A DNA stretch of 64,000 bases from Octopus sinensis. Lineage: Eukaryota. Location: NCBI RefSeq assembly GCF_006345805.1, contig NC_042998.1, positions 53,940,001-54,004,000 on the forward strand. Reading direction: 5' to 3'. Made by a program: the position numbers and the translations under genes. Under the pieces are notes generated by a model. That model had not been told where the DNA came from. It ran no database searches and saw nothing but the letters and a program-made list of their open reading frames with translations. This document shows, in pieces, positions 25,237 to 35,786 of this stretch (positions within the stretch are counted from its first letter, which is position 1; the number at the start of each line of letters is the position of its first letter).

Positions 25237-25637
25237 TATTCTTTTACTTGTTTCAGTCATTTGACTGTAGCCATGCTAGAGCACCGCCTTTAGTCGAGCA
25301 AATCAACCCCAGGACTTATTCTTTGTAAGCCTAGTACTTATTCTATCGGTCTATTTTGCCGAACTGCTAAGTTAAGGGGATGTAAACACACCAGCATCAG
25401 TTGTCAAGTGATGTTGGGGGAACAAACACAAACATATACACACACATACAGATATACATTTATATACATATATACGATGAACTTCTTTCAGTTTCCGTCT
25501 ACCAAATCCACTCACAAGGCTTTGGTTGGCCTGAGGCTATAGTAGAAGACACTTGTTCAAGGAGCCACGTAGTGGGACTGAACCTGGAACCATGTGGTTG
25601 GTAAGCAAGCTACTTACCACACAACCACTCCTACACC
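25237..25637 (-). mobile_element. SINE family B, full length
   Basis: Reverse complement of B; preceded by an A2 fragment at 25075-25225. Confidence 0.92.
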
Positions 25638-25990
25638 AATGCTAATGATTCTGTGAGCTTGCTTTCTTACAAGAGTTACTAATATTACTCATAATTTCTT
25701 TGTGGATGAGCCAAAGGTTTATACCCAAAATATTTACAATACTGAATCACAGCTGAATTTAATGAGAACATATTCCACATATAATAGGGATGGAATGTGA
25801 ACAAAAGAAGTGTTTTGTATTTAAAAGCTGGGCATGAAATGTTCCCAAACCTCAAATTATTACATCAATATTACTTGTATGTACCATGTTTTACAAAACG
25901 AGTGCTACAAGCACAAAATATTAGTGAAAATAAAACATAAAAAGGTGCTGTGAATAAAGATTGAGTAACCAAAGAATATAACATATTTAA

Positions 25991-26207
25991 CCCTTTAGCA
26001 TTCAAATTTTTCTATCAAATGTAATAATCCTTCACATGGTTTTTGAATTAATCATGCAGTTTCCTGTAGTCTTGAGATTTCAACGATGTGATTTTTTACT
26101 TTGAGAACTACCATGCAGAATAGGTGTGAGAAGCTGAATCTGAACAGTCTGAAAATAAAACAGGTTGAATATTTGGGCTGGTTGTGACCAGTTTAAATGC
26201 TAAAGTG
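25991..26207 (-). mobile_element. MITE family G
   Basis: TTAA on both flanks (25987-25990, 26208-26211); 217 bp; reverse orientation. Confidence 0.85.
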
Positions 26208-26684
26208 TTAAAGAGATATAGCAGTCACAGCTTTCTTCTTAGAACAAAACAATAACCCATAATGCATTTGCCGATAGGAACATCTGGAATGTTTGACTGA
26301 TTTACAGAGGAAATCTGATCCATGTACATTAAATTTCACACAAGTTCCTGAAATCAATAGCAAATTTCCACATAAACAGTAATACTGACAGACTTTGTCT
26401 CATAAGAATAGAGGATGGAAGAGGCTTTGAATGTCATCTGATATCTTTCAGACAATACCTGCGAAACAATAGCAGCAAACATAAATACAACAAAGTGATC
26501 AAAAGGGAAGAACATCATGTGGGTCATGTGGGTCGGTAGTGAAATCCTCCAGAAACTTTCCTATAGAGACACTGAATGCAGTGCTTGCATATCTCATTAA
26601 AGACCTGAAGAGAAATATTCTGTATACCACAAGAAGGTTATACATGGATATGTGTTCTATAAACTTGAAGAGGACATTAATATT

Positions 26685-26830
26685 GGTTTCAAATTTAGGC
26701 ACAAGGGCAGCAACTTTGATAGAGGGGGTAAGTTGATTACATCGACCCCCAGTGCTCATATGGTACTTATTTTATTGACTCTGAAAGGATGAAAAGCAAA
26801 GTCGACCCAAGTAACATTTGAACACAGAAC
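26685..26830 (-). mobile_element. SINE A2 3' part
   Basis: A body and A2 tail, reverse. Confidence 0.7.
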
Positions 26831-27589
26831 ACATATTAATGAATTTGCCAACTCACTGGCTTAAGAATTTTAATAAATAAAAAAGCAAACAGACAGACAC
26901 ACACACAAACATATATATGGTATGTTCTGTTTTATATATATATACATATATACATATATATATACATATATGCTATGTTCTGTTTTGTAAGAATGTTCTG
27001 TTATATATATATATATATATATACATAAATGCTATATTCTATTTTATAAGTATATGTACGTATATACATTTATATATTTGTTTTGCAAGATTTTTGAAGT
27101 GAAATCATGTGTTGAAACAGATATTGTTGTATCTAGGAATGGTCATTTAGCCAGGTTAGCCAATAAAAACACATGCACCAAATATATAATGCATGCATTT
27201 TTATTGGCTAAACTGGCAAAATGAGCATTCCCAAATACAACAATATGTACATATATATATTTATAACTATATTAAGGGTGTAGAAAAATTTTCTAGCCTA
27301 TATGCTGACAAACAGATGCTAAATTGTCTCACCACTCAAAGAAATCTGGTTTCATTTTATATGCTGACCACTGATAAAAGTTTTTTAAAATAAGTTTTAT
27401 CCTCTATTGTTGTAATATATGTTCTATTTTCTTATGTGTGTGTATGTGTCTGTGTGTTATGTTCTGTTTTATAAGTATATATAAATATATGTTCTGGTTT
27501 ATATATGTGTGTGTGTGTGCTATGTTCTGTTTTACATATATATATATATATCAAGAAAACTGGTGGTTGTCTGCATTATTAAAACTCAC

Positions 27590-27658
27590 ATTTATTGGTA
27601 TAAACGAAAAATATTCTAGAGGACATACCACCATTGTGAATGGAGGGTGATGATTGTT
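27590..27658 (-). CDS. Weak candidate exon
   Basis: tttgtctag acceptor, AAT|GTGAGT donor, 69 bp; two frames open (NNHHPPFTMVVCPLEYFSFIPIN or EQSSPSIHNGGMSSRIFFVYTNK). Confidence 0.22.
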
Positions 27659-27989
27659 CTAGACAAAGTCATTCTTTGTAGAAGAGATATGTTTCATCTT
27701 TTCAGGATAGAAGATAAGACAAAGATAAAACAGTCTGCTATGTTTCTAACAAGTATGACTTTTGCTGATGGGCATCACCACACACTCTTGGTATCTTTAC
27801 TTTTAATTGAGATATTTTCTTTCTCTTCTACTTCTTTGTCAACAATTTTTTTTGTCTGAAGGAACTGTAATGTCTGGAAAGATGCATTGTTGTTTTCCTT
27901 CATGCCACATATAATTTTACCTTGCCTACAAAGTTCACTTAGTCTGTCTAGATATCAAAGTTCCATAGGGTTATTATTATTATTATTAA

Positions 27990-28455
27990 GTGAGAGAGCA
28001 GTGCATACCATCAAAGTGACACTGCGGTAAAATATACGAAGCCCAGTATACCCATCATGACTACCCATCTGATAAGGGTACACAACCACATGTGCGCGAT
28101 ATGGTGATCTCATATCAAGATAAACAGTGCATGACCTTGTAGGTGGGGCCCAGTTAGAATTTTCTTCTTGTCGAGTAACCCATCCCACTCAAAAGGTCCC
28201 GGAATAAGGATTGTTTAAGGATGTTGAATGAACCACCCATGTTTCCAAAGGTGAATTATCCAAACCTTCAAGAATTCCTTTCAACACACGGCTATGATGT
28301 TCCCCCATTACTTCTGCTCATGGTCAGAGATGCATATATCGTCAGCTATCAAGAGACTTGCTCAACTGGTTAAGGTCAAACAACTGACAAGCAAATCTGT
28401 GGTATTGAGCAGAATATTTGCTGTGGCCCATCTTTTATACCATGAAAAAACAATG
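27990..28455 (-). mobile_element. Family C repeat, second copy
   Basis: Collinear with 7610-8106; (ATT)n at the left end; breaks off where the mariner fragment starts. Confidence 0.8.
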
Positions 28456-28622
28456 TATGACCGTCCTCTACCTTCTTCATCTTCAAGGCTCTCATTATTA
28501 CTATGGAATTTCTGAAACTGCCTTTGTACTGTGCGTTCACTTGTGGACCCCTCTCCTCCTGCCCTGTTGATATTGGCAGCAGTTTGGGAGGCATTGTGCC
28601 CAAGCTTGAACTCATGCAAGAA
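28456..28622 (-). pseudogene. Mariner transposase N-terminal (HTH) fragment
   Basis: HEFKLGHNASQTAANINRAGGEGSTSERTVQRQFQKFHSNNESLEDEEGRGR matches the Hsmar1/SETMAR-type N-terminus. Confidence 0.85.
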
Positions 28623-28669
28623 AAGTACACACGATGGGCTTCTTTCAGTTTCTGTCTACAAAGAAAACC

Positions 28670-29831
28670 GCCTCTATTCGTGCTCAAGAAAACTCACTTC
28701 AGTGATACCCAAATGTGTAAATTTCAAAACGATCACCGACAGCAGAAGTTCTATTCTAAACTACACGTATTGTCTGGAATGAATGCGCGATGGCACACCA
28801 TGGTGCGCTAAAAGCTCTAGCTAGGTCACTAAAACAATACAACCATTATGGTGGGGCTTACCTGTTGTCCTCGCAGGGGATTTCTGTCAAATATGTCATC
28901 TATGCATGTCTGAAGTCTTCATCTCTGTGAAGATTTGTTCATCAGCTTTCATTAAGCAAATATATAAGAATTTTTTCATCAACTTCTACAAACTGGAAAT
29001 GGTACCTTTGTAATGTGGGCACATGGTGTCTATATTGGCCGAGCTTAAAGAAAAGGTATTTCCCACATTGCAAGACAACTTCAAAAACACAGTATGGTTC
29101 GCAGAGAAAGCTATTTTACCACCTCAGAATGAAAGCATTGATAAAGTAAACCATGAACTCCTCCACATTCTACCTGGAGATGCTTCAACGTTTGTCTCCA
29201 TCGATGAAAATGCCACTGTTGAGTATCCAGTTGAATTTCTCAACCCTCTACGACCTACAAGACTGTCACTGCATTAGTTGTTCCTTAAAAAAAAGCTGCA
29301 CCTATCATGCTCTTGACGAATTTGGACCCACCACGACTATGCAATGGTACAAGATTAATTATAACTACAATGACAAGTCATATCATACAAGCAGTCATTA
29401 TTGCTGGCTGTCATAGAGAGATCGTATACATTCCCCACATGCCCCTTATGCCCTCAAATGTGTCATTTCAATTCAAGCACCTCCAGTTCCCAGTGCAATT
29501 GTGCTTCACTGTGACAATCAGCAAAGCCCAGGTCAAACTTCAGAAATTGTGGGTCTCAATTTCCAAATACCCTGCTTTTCTCATGAACAACTATATGACA
29601 CATGCTCTCCAGTTATCAGTGCAGATCACTTGTATATTTATTCTACATGTTTTTGGTGTCAACAATTTCTGCAATGTTTATCACAAAATGACTGAAAAAC
29701 ATGTTTATAAAGAAGAGTCGTTTACTTCACACTCCACTTGTGCTAATTCTGCCCATAAGAAATAAATAAATAAATAATACAATGTGGCTGTAGATTATAA
29801 CACCTAGGCAATGCTGGGATGCATTGGTAGT
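28670..29831 (+). mobile_element. Decayed Helitron: RepHel PIF1-type helicase C-terminal half plus 3' end
   Basis: Frameshifted motifs IVWNECAMAHHGALKAL, LPVVLAGDFCQI, LLQTGNG, AILPPQNESIDKVN, YPVEFLN, TNLDPPRLCNGTRL, HLQFPVQLCFTVTISKAQ, PCFSHEQLY, TEKHVYKE; decayed terminus cctaggcaatgctggg...gtagt at 29803-29831. Confidence 0.88.
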
Positions 29832-30110
29832 TTTATATATACATGTATATGCGTGTATGTGTATATACTATATGTATATATGTATGAATGTATATATGTG
29901 TATATATATATGTGTGTATGTGTATGGGTATGTGAATCTATATGTATGTGTACACGTATGCCTATGGAAGTCTCTATATTCATATCTATATGTGCATGTA
30001 TGTGTGTGTGTGTATGTATATATATATATATATATATACATATATATGTATGTATGTATCTATGTATGTATGGGTCTGTGTGTCTGTGTGTGTAGATATG
30101 TGTATATTTG
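29830..30110. repeat. (TA)/(TG) low-complexity tract
   Basis: Directly visible. Confidence 0.9.
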
Positions 30111-31005
30111 AGTTTTGTCATCTCAATCTATATAATAACTTAATTTAGAAAATTGATTATTAGTGGCCCAGTTCTGAATTGCTTCATTTTAGTGCATATT
30201 CTTGTAGTTATTAAATTTATCATTATACTAGCATTTAATATTAATTACATATCACAAATAAGATGCCTTCATTATACTAAATGAATGGATGTATAAATAC
30301 ATTTATTTCATTTATTGATTAATTGATGATAACTATAATAATAATAATGATAATAATAAATAGTTTTATTTGACTTACTAAATAAATCTAATAACCAAAA
30401 TAATAATTATAGTATTGTATAGTTTATAAATTGTATTCTTATTACAACAATGTTGCTTGTTACTTCTGAAAGTATTGACAGAGTTTGGATATGCACTATG
30501 TATGGTCCCTCATTTTGTAAATAATAATATTGATTAGTTCATCGAGAACAGTCCTTATTACTTGTCTGGTTTATATTAATGATTTCTATTGAATTCTCCC
30601 TTCCATAATATACGGATAACAATCATTATTTAAGTCATTTCAAATCTGGTTACCCCTTAAAAATTAGTTAATTTAAATTCCATTACTATAGCCTTAATAT
30701 ATATCTATGGAGTACTTTGATTATTGCATTTACAGCATTGAGTTTATATTAAAGTTTATTACGGAATTCTCCCTATGATAAATTAAGTAAATAAGAAAAA
30801 TTGTTATTAGCTTTCTATTCATATCTACTATGGAATTATCCCTCCAAGAAAACAATAAATATAGAAGATTATTATTAGTTAATTTAAATAATAATTTTTT
30901 TATATCAATTAATTTAAATAAATACAAGAGCTGTTGTATTGAAGATGTAACTGTTTCTATATTTTTTGTTGCAGTTATACACAGGGAAAAACTTAGATGC
31001 TTAAT

Positions 31006-31051
<46 letters not shown>

Positions 31052-31054
31052 AAT

Positions 31055-31839
31055 AAACTATGGTTGCAGAACAAACAAATACAAGGTCATCCATGTAACA
31101 TTTCATATCTCGAATATTTAATCACATAATGCTTTTTCTTTCACATAGAATATATCTGTATAACATCATGGAAGATGAAACATAACTCATCATGACTTCT
31201 TAAATAAGAAACCACACAATATTGTGTTAGGTCTGGTTAAGGAGGTCTCGCCCTGGTATGTGATGTCTGTCTCTCTATTTTTTCCCCTGACGAAGGAGTA
31301 ATCATTGTGATGCACCCTCGTGCATTAAATACAGTGATGTACCCCTGAAATGGCCATAGGGAATGTAAATATGGTTTCTTCTTTTTTGCTTGGACAATGG
31401 CTTTTAACTATAAGTTTCCCTTATCTGAAAAGTAATTTTTAATGAAAAAAATTTCTAAACGATGAACTTTTATCTTACCTTATATATTATATATTACTTA
31501 TTTATATGCTTCCTATATATATGTATTTTTATATATTTTTTATATATCTATATATTTATATATTACTTTATATTTTTACGTATTTATTATTCTAGGTGTT
31601 GTAATGTTTTTTAAAAAAAAATATATATATTTCTTAATCGCTAAAGTATTAACTTTTAACCGTGATGAACTGTATTCACACATTTTTCTTGTATTTTCTT
31701 ATATGCTTATATGTTTCATCTTCCGTGATGTTATACATATATATTCTATGTGAAAGAAAAAGCATTATGTGATTAAATGTTCGAGATATGAAATGTTACG
31801 TGGATGACCTTGTATTTGTTTGTTCTGCAACCTTAGTTT
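31055..31839. repeat. 130-bp inverted repeat (31055-31184 / 31710-31839) enclosing a hammerhead
   Basis: The arms are reverse complements with about 5 mismatches by manual alignment. Confidence 0.92.
31282..31363 (+). ncRNA. Type I hammerhead ribozyme (minimal helix III, long helix II)
   Basis: Helix I UUCCC/GGGAA; core CUGACGA (31287-31293) and GAAA (31347-31350); helix III AU-GGCC-AU with palindromic loop; AUA triplet; extended paired helix II. Confidence 0.75.
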
Positions 31840-32447
31840 GATATATTTGCCTCATTTAATTGAGCACTTCTATAGCATTCCTATTAGACATTTTGTTCCT
31901 GATAAGAAACAATCACTGTATTATTGATATATATATATATATATATACATACATACACCTATCTTGCTGTATGTTGTGGTGACAAGGGACTATCTTAAAG
32001 ATTAAAAGGTTTCAATTGGTATGTGTTTGAGATGTAATGTAATGAATTTCCATCGTTGTAGATAGTACTTACTTGGTTGAATTATCCATTTGAGTGTGTT
32101 GTTTTTTTAATTGTAATTAGCTTATGATTGAATAGCTAATGGTCACACTCTTAGTACATAGACATTTGAATTAATTTTTACAATCCAGCCGTCCTTTCAC
32201 ACGGAATTTCATCTATAAGACCCTGAAGTGACTTATATATAAGGGAACTGTTATTAAGTATGTATATCAGAAAATGTATATAAGTCAAAACACTTTGTTG
32301 GCCTTTTATGGGTTTTTTTAATAATTGTTTATGTTATATAATATTATGATATATTACATTCATAGTATATCATGTAATACTATAATATAGATAAATTATT
32401 GGATTGTCATTAGTATCTCTCTATTTTATTTATCTTTATATATATAT

Positions 32448-32840
32448 AGGCGTAGGAGTGGCTGTGTGGTAAGTAGATTGCTTACCAACCATATGGTTCC
32501 AGGATCAGTCCTACTGCATGGCACCTTGGGCAAGTGTCTTCTACTATAGCCTCGGGCTGACCAATGCCTTGTGAGTGGATTTGATAAACGGAAACTGAAA
32601 GAAGCCCGTCATATATATGTATATATATAAAAGTGTATGTGTGTGTTTGTCCTCCTACCATCACTTGACAACCAATGCTGATGTATTTACATTCACATAA
32701 CTTAGTAGTCCAGCAAAAGAGACCAATAAAATAAATACTAGGCTTACAAAGAATAAGTCCTGGAGTCGATTTGTTTGACTAAAGGTAGTGCTCCAGCATG
32801 GCCACAGTCAAATGACCAAAAGAAATAAAAGAATAAAAGG
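32448..32840 (+). mobile_element. SINE family B, full length
   Basis: B match end to end. Confidence 0.92.
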
Positions 32841-33221
32841 ATATATATATGTATGTATATATATATCATATATATATGCATGTATATATGTATATGTATA
32901 GATATATATGTATATATATAGAGATATATGTGTGTGTGTATATATATATATATATTTAAAATCACAATAAGGGTGAAAAAATTGAATATTAATTAATAAC
33001 ATCAATTCAAAACACCAAGTGGCCTAGCGTATAAAAGACTGGGATACAGCAAAAATTATTAATACAAAATAATAAGAGAGAGTCCACCATGTGGTCACTC
33101 TAACGCTAGATATAGATCCGCAAAGGGAATCCGCCACTAAAGAATTGTTCTCAAGAATTAATTCAACGCGCCAAGAATGTAAGTGAGCAGGACAAATGAA
33201 AAATAATGAAAAAATTGATTA

Positions 33222-33297
33222 ACTCTATACAATTGTTTCATCGTTAATAGATTATGTAGTTTTACTTACATAACTATTTTCGAATCATCAGTAGAGT
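33222..33297 (-). ncRNA. Type I hammerhead ribozyme
   Basis: Helix I ACUCUA/UAGAGU; CUGAUGA; long helix II; GAAAC-AAUU-GUA with palindromic ACAAUUGU; U-U mismatch at the first pair of helix II. Confidence 0.72.
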
Positions 33298-33467
33298 ACA
33301 TCAGAAATATAATTTGTCAGACCGAATGGCAAAATCCACACGAAGTTGAACAGAGACGAACGGTACAGCCAATTATATTTGCAGTTACATTCAAATGCCC
33401 TCATTTTGGCGCGTTAAAACCCCAGATGTAAATACTACCCAAGTAATTTACTGCTGGTTATTTTGTA

Positions 33468-33532
<65 letters not shown>

Positions 33533-33534
<2 letters not shown>

Positions 33535-33898
33535 CTCTTTTGACTGCGGGTATGCTGGAACATCACCTTTAGTCTAGCAAATCGACCCCAGATTTATTCT
33601 TTGTAATCCTAGTACTTATTTTATTGGTCCATTAGGGCCGAACTGCCAAGTTACAGGGACATAAACACATCAGCATTGGTTGTCAAGCAATGTTGGGAGG
33701 AAAACACAGACACTCAAGCATATACACACACATACACACATATATATATATATATATATGATGGGCTTCTTTCAGTTTCCGTATATCAAATTTACTCACA
33801 AAGCTTTGGTTGGCCCGAAGCTATAGCAGAAGACACTTGCCCAAGGTGCCATGCAGTGAGGCTGAACCTGGAACCATGTGGTTGGTAAGCAATCTACT
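33533..33898 (-). mobile_element. SINE family B
   Basis: Reverse complement of B; preceded by (TA)n at 33474-33531. Confidence 0.9.
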
Positions 33899-34079
33899 TT
33901 ATTTCAAAAATTTTGCCATAAAGGCATGATACAGAGTAGCTTGCAGGCTAGACAAAGACATTCATGAGGTGAATGATGATATGGATGATATTAATGGGAG
34001 AAGATAAAAAACGCCTGCCACTTACTGCACAGCCACTCCTGGGCCTACAAGATACTCCTGCACCTACAGCCACTTCTGC

Positions 34080-34144
34080 GTGTATTATATATATATATTT
34101 ATGCGTGTGTGTGTGTATGTGTGTGTGTGTATTATATGTGTATG

Positions 34145-34177
<33 letters not shown>

Positions 34178-34570
34178 ATTATATATGTGTATATATATAT
34201 ATGTGTGTGTGTGTGTATGTATATATATTATATATGTATATGTGTGTGTATTATATATGTATGTATATATATATTATATATGTATATGTGTGTGTATTAT
34301 ATATGTATGTATATATATATATTATATATATATATATGTTTATATTTATATCATATATATGTATGTACATATATATATATATGCATATAATGTATATATA
34401 TATGTATGTTGTTATGTATATATATATATGTAGATGTATTTATGTACATAATATATATATTATCTATATAATATATATATATACGTATGTATGTTTGTGT
34501 GTATATTATGCGTCTATGTATGTTTGTATTCATGTATGTATGTATGAATGTGTGTTATGTATACATAGAT
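34080..34570. repeat. About 490-bp degenerate (TA)/(TG) microsatellite
   Basis: Directly visible; source of the 218-aa, 117-aa and 93-aa artefact ORFs. Confidence 0.95.
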
Positions 34571-35423
34571 ATCTATTCAAATATAATCTCAGGTTTTGGG
34601 AGGGCGATCATTTAAACATGTTTTTCTGATTTTTACCTTGTAACTTTAAACTCTACGAAACCCTTTATTTATAATTTGTACCATTAATAAGCAAAAAACC
34701 GATGAAACCTGTTTGGTATTTGAATAAATATTACACAATTTTAAAATGACTACACATTTTGAGATGCAGGTGCATTTAGAAACCCTAAAAACATATTCAT
34801 ATATATGTATGCATCTATGTATGAATGTATGTAAAAGTGTAAGTGTGTCTATTATTATGATATACATATGTGTGTTGTGAGAAAGAAAATGTTGAGGAGA
34901 GAGAGCATTAAGTGAATGTTTAGATGCATATGCATGTGTGTGTCTGTGCAATGTACAATTGCAGCCATACAAAATAGAACTTGAACTCTCAACCAAAAGA
35001 TTTTGTGATAACCAAAGAACAGAAATTATTTATTTATCTGAAAGTTAACCACCATTTCCTTCTTATGTTTTGCTGAATCTGATAATGATGATAGGAAATT
35101 AATCGGAAGCTTTATAAATTATTTTTCTTTAGGACATCCAATAGTAGAATGGATTTTATTGATTCCTTACAAATCATTCTCGTTCTTTGGCCCAAAGCAT
35201 GAAACTCTATTAATTATTATCTAACAATTTCATTCACAATATACTTTGTAAATCTGATATCTGCTATTGAATAGCTTCTGTATCATTATCACAAGATAAA
35301 AAAAACATACCCACAAAACACCCACTGAAAACTAAAAAGCATACGGCTTTTGTATATAGTTCTGATATGTAGTTGATACCTTGATCCAATCAGCCTCTAT
35401 TTATTTATTTATTTATTTGTTAC

Positions 35424-35786
35424 CTTTTGTCTTTTTCTTGCTTCGGTCGTTTGACCGTGGCCATGCTGGAGCACTGCCTTGAAGGGTTTTAGTCGAACAA
35501 ATTGACCCCAGGACTTATTATTTTTAGCCTAGTGCTTATTCTATTGGTTTCTTTTGCCAAACTAAGTTACAGGGATATAAATACACCAACACCGGTTGTA
35601 AAGCAGTGGTGGGGGACAGACACAAAGACATGCACATACATACATACACACACACATATACACATATACGATGGGCTTCTTTCAGTTTCCATCTACCAAA
35701 TCCACTCACAAGGCTTTGGTTGGCCCAAGGCTATAGTAGAAGACACATAGAACCATGTGGTCAGAAAGCAAGCTTCTTACCACAGC
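35424..35786 (-). mobile_element. SINE family B with small internal deletion
   Basis: B match; the segment between gaagacac and aaccatgtgg is missing. Confidence 0.88.

Noticed and set aside
28858-28900. CAG|GTAAGC donor on the minus strand
   Set aside because: Antisense of Helitron helicase motif LPVVLAGDF; coincidental
33973-34629. 218-aa ORF and other YI/CV/HT-rich ORFs (6560, 10601, 21655, 29804, 57699, 62031)
   Set aside because: Translations of (TA)n/(TG)n/(CATA)n microsatellites; no coding signal
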